A program made the position numbers and the translations under genes. A stretch of DNA of 64,000 bases. Origin: an uncultured Armatimonadetes bacterium (GTDB lineage: Bacteria; Armatimonadota; Hebobacteria; Hebobacterales; Hebobacteraceae). This document shows, in pieces, positions 1 to 9,400 of the stretch; the first letter of the stretch is position 1; the number at the start of each line of letters is the position of its first letter. The notes below the pieces were generated by a model that did not search any database, was not told where the DNA came from, and saw nothing but the letters and a program-made list of their open reading frames with translations. The stretch lies in assembly GCA_963716175.1 (NCBI GenBank), contig OY970296.1:480001-544000 (forward strand), read 5' to 3'.

Positions 1-77
1 GGGCGGCCGAGGCCCTGGAACAGGCGGCCGCAGCGGTTGGTGCGGATTGGATGGCGGCGCAGGGAGGTGCAGCATGA
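1..77 (+). CDS. 3' end of an upstream gene (partial, unknown product)
   Basis: Open Ala-rich frame (AAEALEQAAAAVGADWMAAQGGAA*) whose TGA at 75-77 overlaps the next ATG (ATGA coupling). Confidence 0.45.
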   Translation, partial: AAEALEQAAAAVGADWMAAQGGAA

Positions 78-514
78 CAGAGATCCTTGACCTGGTGATC
101 CGAGAGCAGGACCTGTTGCAGGTGAACCGCGCGCTCGCGGCGATGCTGCGCGACTCTCGCGCCCGGTGTGTAATCCTGATCAACCGCAATGACGGCAGCG
201 TGCTGGCGGCCCAGGGATTCCTCGATTCCCTGGACACCACCTCACTGGCGGCCCTGGCCGCAGGGGCGTTTGCCTCCGCGCGGGAGATTGCCCGGCTGAT
301 CGGAGAGCCCGAGTTCAGCGTGCTTTTCCACCAGGGCCAGCGCGAGCATGTCCACGTCAACCTCGCGGGAGCGCACGGGCTGCTGATGACCTTGTTCAAC
401 GACACCAGCACGGTAGGGCTGGTGCGCCTGTGCGCGCGCCAGGCCTGCACCGTGATCGAACGCGCCCTGCATGGACGGGCCCCCGGAGAAAGCGGCGACC
501 CCGCCAGACCGTAG
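74..514 (+). CDS. Roadblock/LC7 domain protein (MglB-like GTPase-activating protein)
   Basis: LDTTSLAALAAGAFASAREIARLIGEPEFSVLFHQG and VGLVRL motifs typical of MglB/roadblock; GGAGG RBS before ATG 74. Confidence 0.85.
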   Translation: MTEILDLVIREQDLLQVNRALAAMLRDSRARCVILINRNDGSVLAAQGFLDSLDTTSLAALAAGAFASAREIARLIGEPEFSVLFHQGQREHVHVNLAGAHGLLMTLFNDTSTVGLVRLCARQACTVIERALHGRAPGESGDPARP

Positions 515-544
515 CGGGGTCGCCAACCGCGCCTGACAGCAGGG

Positions 545-733
545 CTAATCAGCCCAGCTGATCGCCTCCGCCGGGCAGCCATCAATCGCTTCCTGGATCG
601 CGCTCTCGCCGGCCCCGGTGGGATTCTTCACCACGGCGATGTCATCGTCCCCCATCTCGAACACTTCCGGGCAAGTCTCGACACAAGCCCCGCAGCCAGT
701 GCAAAGATCGGCATCAACCACAGGTACTCTCAT
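545..733 (-). CDS. Single-cluster [4Fe-4S]/[3Fe-4S] ferredoxin
   Basis: 62 aa with CTGCGAC...CPEVF and a distal CP; GGAGG RBS before ATG 733. Confidence 0.92.
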   Translation of the reverse strand: MRVPVVDADLCTGCGACVETCPEVFEMGDDDIAVVKNPTGAGESAIQEAIDGCPAEAISWAD

Positions 734-1249
734 TGCAGCCTCCCCGGCCATGATCTCGGTGTGCTCCATACCCCGGCGCCCGGTAGTTCTGTGGGCGCCA
801 GTTGACTTCCTCCCAGACCACTCAGCGCGCGGGCGCGGCCTGCGGTAGCAACGGCTGGGCGGCAGCCGAAGCAACGGGCACCGCCAGGCCAACGCTACGA
901 CCGCCCCGGTTGGTGTGCCCTGTCAAGGAGGCGAGGAATTCGTAACTGCTTCGAACCACTCACACCCGGGACGGTCGCACTAACATCATACCCTACTGAC
1001 CATTACGATGTGCGCGCAATTCTGGACACATTCACACTGCTCTGTGATAGAAATACGACACGATGGTAATTGCTGGTACCAGACGGCAAAGGACTGTCAC
1101 AAAGACGCCCACAGGCGAACGGAAAACGACCAACCAGGAAGGCGGCGAGGTGGAAAGCAGTGCCAACGCCAGCCAGAGCGGCTGGCAGCGCTTCTGCGCC
1201 AGTCCTGGCAGGCCCCGCCCGGAGACCTAGACCGGACTCCTCAGGGCCC

Positions 1250-1324
1250 TGGTGGCACCGGCTGGGCTCGAACCAGCGACATAGCGGTTATGAACCGCTC
1301 GCTCTACCACTGAGCTACGGTGCC
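1250..1324 (-). tRNA. tRNA with CAT anticodon, probably tRNA-Ile2 (lysidine) rather than tRNA-Met
   Basis: Minus strand reads GGCACCGTAGCTCAGTGGTAGAGCGAGCGGTTCATAACCGCTATGTCGCTGGTTCGAGCCCAGCCGGTGCCACCA: full cloverleaf, encoded CCA, paired G1-C72 (not an initiator), C29-G41, A37, A38, A73. Confidence 0.95.
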
Positions 1325-1389
1325 CCACCAGCGATGATACATCAGCAGGACCGTCGCGACAAGTGATCTCCGCCAAGGCACTCGGGCCG

Positions 1390-3674
1390 TCACGGCTTCA
1401 TGGTGGCCAGTCGCGCCAGGCTGGCGCGCTGCTGCCAGCGCTCGGCCGCCGCGAGGTCGGGCCAGGGCAGCTCGATGCGGTAGTCGTTCTCGTCGAGCGC
1501 AAGCTGGAAGCTGTGCCGGAAGGCGGCCACTTTGAGCGGGAAATGCAGGGCTCGCTTCCTCCGGTCAATGGGCCGCATCACCATCTCCTGGTCGTCGTAC
1601 GCGGAGAACCGCGTGGCCTCCCGCATGCGGGCATAGGCGGGCGAAAGGCGAGTCACCTCCCGCCACTGCTCCACCGCGTTCTCAGTTTCGCCCTTGAAGT
1701 AGTAGACCAGGCCCAGGTTGCTGCGCGCGATGGGGTTGCTGGGGCGCCAGTCTACGACCTGTACCAGATGACGTACCGACTCCGCCAGCATCTTTCCCTT
1801 GGCATAGGCCAGGCCCAGGTCGTTGTGTCCCTCCGGGGAGCGGGGGGAGAAGATCAGCACCCGCTTGAAGCACTCCAGGGCCTCGTTCAGCCGGTCATCC
1901 TTGTAATAGGCGAGGCCAAGGTTGGCGTGGCCGTCCGGGTTGGGAGGCTCGAGCTTCACCAGGGCTCGGAAGTGCTCTATCGCCTCCGGCAATTCCCCTA
2001 GGTCCACCGCGGCATGGCCCACGAGGTCGTGGGCGGCCGCGAGCTGAGGGTCAAGGCTGGCCGCGTAACGGGCCTGCTCGGCCGCGGCCGCCAGGTCGCC
2101 TTCGAGGTAGTAGGTCAGCCCGAGATTGCAGCGGGCAATGGCGCTGCGCGGCATGGCGTCGGCCACAATCCGGAACTGCTCGGCCGCCTCCACTAGCCGG
2201 TCCTGAGAGAGCCGGAGGATGCCGATGGCATTGTAGACCTCAGGGAAGCCGGAGTAGAGCCTGATCAGCTCATCGAGCTGCTCCTGGGCCTCGTCGAACA
2301 TGTCCAGCATATGGTAGGCGGTGGCGCAGTTATACCGGGCCAGGGCGTGCCTGGGGTTCATCCTCACCGCAGCCCGGAAGTGGTCGAGCGCTTGCCTCAG
2401 CCGCTCGTCGAGGTAGACGGCCACGCCCAGGTTCAGCACTACGTCCGCGCTCTTGGACTCCAGCTCGTAGGCCCTTTCCAGCTCCCGCACCGCCTGGTCT
2501 ACAATGCCCTCGCGCACCAGCAAGGTGCCAGCATTGTACCTGACCTGGAAATCGCCAGGGGCGACCCGGACCGCCTGGCGAATGGCATCAAGCGCGCGCC
2601 CGGTCTGGCCCAAGCGGTACCAACAGCTCCCCTTCTGAACCAGGGCCCAGCCGTGGTCGGGGGCGACCCGACCCACCGCGCTGAAGTCCTCGATCGCGGC
2701 CTGGCACCGACCCTGGAGCATGGCGCACACACCCCGGTTGTAGCGAGCGGCGACGTGGGCCGGCTGGCGCTGAAGCGCGCCGGTGAAGCATCGCTCCGCT
2801 ACCGTGAGATCGCCTCGCGCCTGATGAATGATGCCCAGGTTGCACAGCGCGTCGGGGTGCCGGCGCCGGATCGCGAGCGCCTCCTCCAGCTCTGCCACCG
2901 CCTGGTCTGGCATTCCTTGCCGCGCCAGCACCAGGGCCAGGGCATTGCGGGCGGCGAGATGACTCGGGTCGAGTTCCAGCAGCTCCCGGAAGCACTGGGC
3001 GGCCTCCGAGAACTGCGCCAATTGCCAGTGACAGAGCCCGAGGTTCCAGAGCGGCGTCTGTGAGCTGCTCATGCGGGGGCGGGCCCGTTCCAGCTCCTCG
3101 ATGGCGCGAGTATGACGGCCGGCCGCGGCTTGGGTAGCGGCGAAGTTGTGGCGCACCAGAGCCGGCACCTCGGCCGCTCCCATCAGCCGCAGCAGCACCT
3201 GCTCGGCACGGTCTCTTCCGCTCTCGACCCAGAGCACGGCGGCGAGCCGCATCTGGGCCTCAGTATCATTGGGCTCAGCTTCGAGGGCGCGGTCGCAAGC
3301 GCGCCTGACGCGGGACAGGTTGCGCTTTGCCAGATAGGTGAAGAGGCCGAGGAGGGCACCGGCCCATCTGCGCCGCAGCACCCGCAGACCCGGGCCCGGT
3401 AGGCTTCCCACTGCCGAGCCCGCCGCCGCTCCAATCACGGCCCCGGCCAGGAGCACGCCGACAGGCAGAGGCGCGTCCCCCGCCCGTGTACCACCACCAG
3501 CCCCAGGCCGGCACCGAGCACGAAGCACAGACCCGCCCAGATGAGCCACGCGGCGCGCGGCTCGGCATGCCTGCGCACACCCCGCGTCTCTGGTGCATGT
3601 TCTAGGGGCGTGCCGCAGACGGTGCAGCTGGCTTGCTGTGCTGTGTTGGCCGCCCCGCACAGCCTACAGACCAA
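1390..3674 (-). CDS. Membrane-anchored multi-TPR protein with N-terminal zinc ribbon (apparent frameshift near 3490)
   Basis: Many TPR repeats (ARYNRG, NLGLAYY, A..LDP). The N-terminal CRLCG..CTVCG and a TM segment lie in another frame (ORF 3435..3809) with an RBS before TTG 3674. Confidence 0.8.
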
Positions 3675-3901
3675 ACCGCCCTCCCTGCCGGTCGTTCTCC
3701 TTTGCGCCCAGCGCACTATCAGGATACCACAATCAGAGTGCTGTCGCAAAACGGCCAGCGACCGGGTCTGACGACTGCCAGTCTGCGAAACGGCTTCGCT
3801 GCCTGGCACCAGCCGCGCGCTGAGCCGGGCCAGGGACGCGGGCCAGGCCTCCGGCCTCGCCGCCTCGACCGGAGCAGCCAGTCTGCCATGCCCCGAGTCG
3901 G

Positions 3902-4468
3902 CTACTGCGCCTTCAGCAGCTCGACCTCGAAGATGAGTATGGAGTTGGGTGGGATGGGGCCGATACCGCGGGCCCCGTACCCCAGAGCGGCCGGGATGAT
4001 AAGCTTGCGCACCCCGCCCGGCTTCATGCCCGCTACCCCTTCATCCCACCCCTTGATCACCCGGCCCGCGCCGAGCGGGAAGGAGAAGGGCTGACCCCGA
4101 TCCCGCGAGCTGTCGAACTTGGTGCCGTTCACCAACCAGCCGGTGTAGTGCACGGTGACAGTCCCGCCGGCCTTGGCCTCTGCCCCTTCACCAACCTTGA
4201 CGTCTATGTACTGCAGGCCGGAGGCGGTGGTGACAACCGGGTTGCTGCTGGGCGTTCCCAGCTTGCGGGCGGCCTGCACCGCCTCACTCTCAGTGGGTTT
4301 CATCTGGGTCTCCTTTGGCGCCTCGGCCGCGGGCGCTTTCGCAGCCTGGGGCGGAGCCGCAGGGGGCGGGGGCGCGGTTTCGACGGCCGTTCTCCGGCAG
4401 CCCAGCGCGGGTAGGGCTGCCAGCAATGCCGCGATCAGCAGACCATGGACGACGTTCCTGCGCGTCAT
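3902..4468 (-). CDS. FKBP-type peptidyl-prolyl cis-trans isomerase, probable lipoprotein
   Basis: VTVHYTGWL.NGTKFDSS, VIKGWDEG, IPPNSILIFEVEL; signal peptide ending in a lipobox-like ALGC. Confidence 0.95.
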   Translation of the reverse strand: MTRRNVVHGLLIAALLAALPALGCRRTAVETAPPPPAAPPQAAKAPAAEAPKETQMKPTESEAVQAARKLGTPSSNPVVTTASGLQYIDVKVGEGAEAKAGGTVTVHYTGWLVNGTKFDSSRDRGQPFSFPLGAGRVIKGWDEGVAGMKPGGVRKLIIPAALGYGARGIGPIPPNSILIFEVELLKAQ

Positions 4469-4538
4469 GCTCGTTCCCTCCGAGTAGTATGGGCCGGGAT
4501 GATAGCACGGGAGGCATGCCGGAACAAGAGCGTCCCGC

Positions 4539-5573
4539 TCACGCGGCCTGTTGCCGGCGACGCGGCCACACATTGACCGCGTTGCCGACCACGATCAGCG
4601 CCGCGCCCTGCCAGAAGCCTGGGCCGAAAGACTCGCGCAGCACCAGCCAACCCAGGCTCACGCCCAGCACTGGCGTGAGATAGGTGATGGGCGGCAGCTT
4701 GTGCGCTTCGCCGAAACGGGCCCCCAGCTCGAGCGCACACAGCCAAAGGGTGTAGCTGCCGCAGTACACGGCTATCCCCATTAGCAGAATCAGAGCCCAG
4801 GCCGCAACTGGCGCCGGTCCCCATGGGCCCAGGAAAAGCGGAACGGCGTAGCCGGTGACGGGTCGCAGCTCGTGCCTGATGGTGACCACTGCGGCCAGCA
4901 TGGCTAGACCCAGGGTCATGGCCAGGAAGGAGTGCACATCCGACAGGCCGCGCCGCTCGTATCCGGGCCGCAGCGGGACAAACCGGTCCAGGTTCGAGTA
5001 GACTCCCCAGGAGAAAGCCGCGAACAGCGCCAGCAGCGCGCCGAGAAGGGAGGTGATGCCGCCCAGGCGCGCGAGATGTCCCTCGGTGGCGATGGTCGCC
5101 ACCCCCAGCAGGCACAGCAGCAGGCCCGCGCCCAGCCGCGCCGGCCCGGGCCGGCGCCGCAAGTCGGACTTCCACTCCCAGCCGGTGATCGGCCGTACCA
5201 GCGCGCCGAAGGCGGCCCCCTGGAACAGGACCACGAACACCGGATGCAGGTAGTTGATGATGATGGCGTCGGGCAGGGGCAAGCGCACGAAAGCTGCATT
5301 CAGCGCCACCGGGTAGGCGGCCCAGCCGAAGAAACCCATCGCCGCCAGCGCCACCCAGCCCCGGGCTGCAATCGCGTGGATATGGTGAAGCCGGCGCCTG
5401 ATCGCCAGCACGGCGAGCAGCGCCACCCACCCCAGGCCGACCCCCCAGAAGGCCACCTGAAGCGGGGTCAGCCTTCCGCCGTCCCGCATGGCCAGCAGCA
5501 GCGCCTTGTTGGTAACCAGCGAGATCGCCCAGACCAGCACGATCAGCAAGGTGTAGGCATAGGCTCGTCTCAT
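4539..5573 (-). CDS. DMT/EamA family transporter
   Basis: About 10 hydrophobic segments in two repeats; YLHPVFVVL and YLTPVLGVSLGWLVLRE motifs. Confidence 0.85.
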   Translation of the reverse strand: MRRAYAYTLLIVLVWAISLVTNKALLLAMRDGGRLTPLQVAFWGVGLGWVALLAVLAIRRRLHHIHAIAARGWVALAAMGFFGWAAYPVALNAAFVRLPLPDAIIINYLHPVFVVLFQGAAFGALVRPITGWEWKSDLRRRPGPARLGAGLLLCLLGVATIATEGHLARLGGITSLLGALLALFAAFSWGVYSNLDRFVPLRPGYERRGLSDVHSFLAMTLGLAMLAAVVTIRHELRPVTGYAVPLFLGPWGPAPVAAWALILLMGIAVYCGSYTLWLCALELGARFGEAHKLPPITYLTPVLGVSLGWLVLRESFGPGFWQGAALIVVGNAVNVWPRRRQQAA

Positions 5574-5845
5574 TGCCGCTCGCTGACCCAACTGCTCGCC
5601 AAGAAGTGCATGGCTGCCCTATCGCCTCGTCGCCGGCTCGCCTGAGGGCTGTGTTTCGGCCCGCGGCCAATCCCATCCTGCCGCCCCAAGCCGGAGGCAA
5701 GGGACGAGCGACGGGCGGAGCCTGACCCACACTTGCTCCGCCCGGCTTGCCCGCCTCCGGCGGGGACGGCGCTGTCGAATCTCGCGACAGGCGGGAAACC
5801 GCGCCCCAACGAAGAACCAAGCGCCAGATCAGGGAGGGCCTAGAG

Positions 5846-8299
5846 GTGGCGATACAAGACTTCGAGCTCAGTGCCGACCAACTCCGCGTGGTCTGCGATG
5901 CCAGCAGCCTGGGGTTCGAGACCACGGCGGAGCTGCCCACGCTGGAGGACAGCGTGGGCCAGGACCGCGCCATGGCCGCGATAGACTTCGGGCTGGAAGT
6001 GAAGACGCCGGGCTACAACATCTTCGCGGTGGGGCCGACTGGGACGGGGCGCATGTTCGCGGTGCTATCCCGGGCCCGGGAGGCAGCGGCGAAGCAGCCC
6101 ACCCCGGATGACTGGTGCTATGTCAACAACTTCGACGATGCCCGCCGGCCGGTGGCGCTGCGCCTGCCGGCGGGCCGCGCGGTCGAGTTCTCCCGGGAAG
6201 TGGAAGAGCTAATCCAGATGTGCAAGCAGGAGATTCCGCGCGCCTTCGAAAGCGAGGCCTACGAGCAGCGCAAGGAAGCGGCGATCGGGGACGTGCAGGC
6301 CGAGCGCAACCGCTTGCTGCGCCAACTGGACGAGGAGGCGCGGGCCGAGGGGCTGGTGATCCAGGCCACGCCCATGGGGATTATCTCGCTGCCGCTGGCC
6401 GACGGCAAGGCCATGTCCCGGGAGCAGTACATGCAACTCCCTCCCGAGGAGCGAGACGCGATAGACAAGAAGATGGAGCGGCTCCGCGACCGGATCGCGG
6501 AAGGGCTGGGGCAGGCGCGGCAGCTTGAGAAAGAGGCGCGAAAGCGGGTGGAGGAGCTGGATGCTCAGATCGCGATGATGACTATCGGCCATCGCTTCGA
6601 GGAAGTGAAGGCCAAGTACCAGGACCATGCCAGTGTGGTGACGCATCTCGACCGCCTGGCTCAGGATGTGCTGCAGCACCTGGACGAGTTCCGCCCCGGG
6701 GAATCACCCCAGGGCGAGGCGCCGCCCACGGAGGCGGTTCCGCCCCGCTATCGGGTCAACGTCCTGGTGACCAACGAGAAGGGCGCCGGGGCGCCAGTGA
6801 TGCAGGAGCAGAGCCCCACCTACTACAACCTGGTCGGAAAGCTGGAGTACCGGCCGGTGGCCGGGGGCGCGATCACGGATTTCACCTTGATCAAGCCAGG
6901 CGCATTCCACCTCGCCAACGGCGGCTACCTGATCCTCCAGGCACTGGAGGTGCTGCTCAACCCCTTCGCCTGGGAGGCGCTCAAGCGGACCATGCGCAGC
7001 CGCAAGGCCACCATCGAGAACATCGGAGAGCAGTACAGTCCGGTCCCGGCCGCCACTCTGCTCCCGGAGCCGATCCCCCTTGACACCAAGGTGATCCTGG
7101 TGGGCTCGCCCCTGCTCTATTTCCTGCTCTACCAGTGGGATGAGGATTTCGGCAAGCTGTTCAAGGTGAAGGCCGACTTCGATGTGGACATGACGGCCAG
7201 CACCCAGGCCAACCGCAGCTATGCCGCCTTCATGGCCACCCACTGCCGCAACCACGGCCTCCGCGAGCTGACCAAGGAAGCCGTGGCCAGGGTGATCGAA
7301 TACGGGATGCGGCTGGCGGCCGATCAGGAGCGGCTCTCCACTCGCTTCGCCGCCGTCGCCGACCTGCTCACCGAGGCCAACTTCTGGGCCCAGCGGGCGG
7401 GAGCCGAGTTGATCGGGGCCGAGCACGTGGACCAGGCCTTGGAGCACAAGGAGTACCGCTCCCGCCGGCTCGCGGACCGCCTCTTCGAGTTCATCGCACG
7501 GGGCGATCTCATCGTGGACGTGACCGGCGCGGTGCCCGGGCAGGTCAACGGTCTGGCCGTGCTGGATCTGGGGGATTACGCCTTCGGACGACCCTCGCGC
7601 ATCACCGCCCGGGTCACGCCCGGCCGCTCCGGTGTGGTCAACATCGAGCGCGAGGCGCGCCTGGGCGGGGATATCCAGCACAAGGCGGTGATGATCCTCA
7701 CCGGCTATCTCGCTGGCAGCTATGCCTCGGAGGCCCCCCTCTCTGTTACCGCCAGCCTCTCCTTCGAGCAATCGTACGAGCTGGTGGAGGGGGATTCCGC
7801 CTCCTGCGCCGAGCTCTACGCCATCCTCTCCATGCTCGCCGACGCGCCCATTCGCCAGGGCATCGCGGTCACCGGCTCCATGGACCAGAATGGGAACGTG
7901 CAGCCCATCGGCGGGGCCAATCAGAAGATCGAGGGCTTCTTCGCCACCTGCAAGCTGAAGGGATTAGCCGGGGATCAGGGGGTGATGCTCCCGCGCCAGA
8001 ACATCAAGAACCTGACGCTGAAGCCAGAGGTGGTGGAGGCCGTGAGGGAGGGTAAGTTCCACATCTGGGCGGTCTCCACTGTGGACGAGGGTGTCGAGGT
8101 TCTCACTGGCGTGAGAGCCGGCTCGCCCAGAGAGGCGGATACCATCCACGGGCGGGTGGCCGCCCGGCTGCGCAAGTTCGCGGATGCCCTGAGCGGTGTG
8201 AAAGAAGAGAGAATCAAGCAGATCATTGAGCTGCCTCCCAGCGCCGCCACCCCCCGTCCCCCCACCCCTCCGCCACCACCCATACCGCGACACGGTTGA
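5846..8299 (+). CDS. Lon-like S16 protease (LonC type)
   Basis: GQDRA, Walker-A-like GPTGTGR, IKPGAFHLANGGYL, GQVNGL, catalytic EGDSAS and QKIEGFF. Confidence 0.92.
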   Translation: MAIQDFELSADQLRVVCDASSLGFETTAELPTLEDSVGQDRAMAAIDFGLEVKTPGYNIFAVGPTGTGRMFAVLSRAREAAAKQPTPDDWCYVNNFDDARRPVALRLPAGRAVEFSREVEELIQMCKQEIPRAFESEAYEQRKEAAIGDVQAERNRLLRQLDEEARAEGLVIQATPMGIISLPLADGKAMSREQYMQLPPEERDAIDKKMERLRDRIAEGLGQARQLEKEARKRVEELDAQIAMMTIGHRFEEVKAKYQDHASVVTHLDRLAQDVLQHLDEFRPGESPQGEAPPTEAVPPRYRVNVLVTNEKGAGAPVMQEQSPTYYNLVGKLEYRPVAGGAITDFTLIKPGAFHLANGGYLILQALEVLLNPFAWEALKRTMRSRKATIENIGEQYSPVPAATLLPEPIPLDTKVILVGSPLLYFLLYQWDEDFGKLFKVKADFDVDMTASTQANRSYAAFMATHCRNHGLRELTKEAVARVIEYGMRLAADQERLSTRFAAVADLLTEANFWAQRAGAELIGAEHVDQALEHKEYRSRRLADRLFEFIARGDLIVDVTGAVPGQVNGLAVLDLGDYAFGRPSRITARVTPGRSGVVNIEREARLGGDIQHKAVMILTGYLAGSYASEAPLSVTASLSFEQSYELVEGDSASCAELYAILSMLADAPIRQGIAVTGSMDQNGNVQPIGGANQKIEGFFATCKLKGLAGDQGVMLPRQNIKNLTLKPEVVEAVREGKFHIWAVSTVDEGVEVLTGVRAGSPREADTIHGRVAARLRKFADALSGVKEERIKQIIELPPSAATPRPPTPPPPPIPRHG

Positions 8300-8402
8300 G
8301 AGGGGTTCCGCCGCTGGGCAGGGGCTTGCCTCTGCCATTCCGGGGCGGTATGTCAGAGTTCACCCGCCTCACGAGGGCATGCCGGCCATTTCCCTTGGGG
8401 TT

Positions 8403-8425
8403 GGGCAGGAGACTCGCTCCTGCCC
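8403..8425. repeat. REP-like palindrome GGGCAGGAG-N5-CTCCTGCCC
   Basis: Perfect inverted repeat; the same stem recurs at 9293-9314 and 25356-25378. Confidence 0.65.
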
Positions 8426-8493
8426 CTGCCAGGCCTCGTCCCACATCGAGCCTACGCCATTGGGCGCGGTCGTGTCCAGGCGCTAGCTCGAGG

Positions 8494-9282
8494 TCACCGG
8501 TCGTGCAGAGATGTCTGTTTCGAGAATCTCGCATCAAGGTAGCTGATTATGGTTCTCGAAGCATTGATCACCAGCAGGGCCTCTTCTTCTTCTAGCAATG
8601 CTTGGCTAGGGTGAGCGACGCTCGCGGCGTTCCTGATAGGGTTGAGGGCATCCAATATCCCACCAAATGCTTGAAGGATTCTCTCGATATCCTGTCGTCT
8701 TGAGCCCAGGTCCTGTAGCGCAACGTGTTGCTGGCGTAAGAGTCTGAGCAACCTAGCGGGTGAGTCATCTCTTGAGTATGGAATGCTGGCATCCTCACAC
8801 ACTGCTCGCAGGTAGCCGTGCACGGCTGTATGTATACGATCAACGCCGCTGACTGCTCCGCTTGCTCGAAGCAGCGTTTCGGTATCGCTGATCGCTCGCT
8901 CGACTACGCGCGAGGTGATCTTGGGTGCCGGGCTTCCAACTGGCTGCCCCTCCAGTCTGCTTATCATCTTGCGAATCTCGCTCTGTAACTCCTGAGTACG
9001 AGTGGACGCGGCCGACTTCGTTGACACAGGAAATCTCTCAATGACCCCGCGGAGTATCTGGGCCTGTACGTTTGGGGGAGAACCTTTCAGAACCGCTATG
9101 AACCTTTCCCGCGTCGTTCCTTCATACTGATACGGGTCGATGTCAAGCTCGCAGTACTCCGGGTAGAACTCCGCGTGTGTCCGATAGCTGAAATCCCCAA
9201 GGTAGCCGCCAGATACCCCTATATAGCGGTTGACTACTTTCATGATCTCGGCATTGGTCAGTCCTGATGCTGGCATTGGCAT
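8494..9282 (-). CDS. Abortive infection family protein (Abi_C/HEPN-like C-terminus), putative anti-phage gene
   Basis: SGVDRIHTAVHGYL and IRNAASVAHP (RN..S.AH) motifs of Abi_C proteins; visibly lower GC than flanks; start could also be 9276. Confidence 0.75.
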   Translation of the reverse strand: MPMPASGLTNAEIMKVVNRYIGVSGGYLGDFSYRTHAEFYPEYCELDIDPYQYEGTTRERFIAVLKGSPPNVQAQILRGVIERFPVSTKSAASTRTQELQSEIRKMISRLEGQPVGSPAPKITSRVVERAISDTETLLRASGAVSGVDRIHTAVHGYLRAVCEDASIPYSRDDSPARLLRLLRQQHVALQDLGSRRQDIERILQAFGGILDALNPIRNAASVAHPSQALLEEEEALLVINASRTIISYLDARFSKQTSLHDR

Positions 9283-9289
9283 GCTCTCC

Positions 9290-9400
9290 GTAGGGCAGGA
9301 GCGTTTCTCCTGCCAGTTGTACGGTAGCGGGCCTGGACCGCCCGCCCTACAGAACCGCGGTCCTGCAAACGGCCCAGCGGGCATGGAATGCCCGCCCTAC
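9290..9400. repeat. Cluster of GTAG-type REP palindromes
   Basis: GTAGGGCAGGAG..CTCCTGCC at 9290-9314 and minus-strand GTAGGGCGGGCATTCCATGCCCGC at 9377-9400. Confidence 0.75.

Noticed and set aside
1008-1366. ORFs 1008..1313 and 1070..1366
   Set aside because: They overlap the tRNA on the opposite strand and have no RBS or recognisable motifs.
6030-6055. Walker A Lys-to-Arg change in the Lon-like protease as a sign of inactivation
   Set aside because: A degenerate ATPase module is normal for LonC-type proteases, and the Ser-Lys dyad region is intact.
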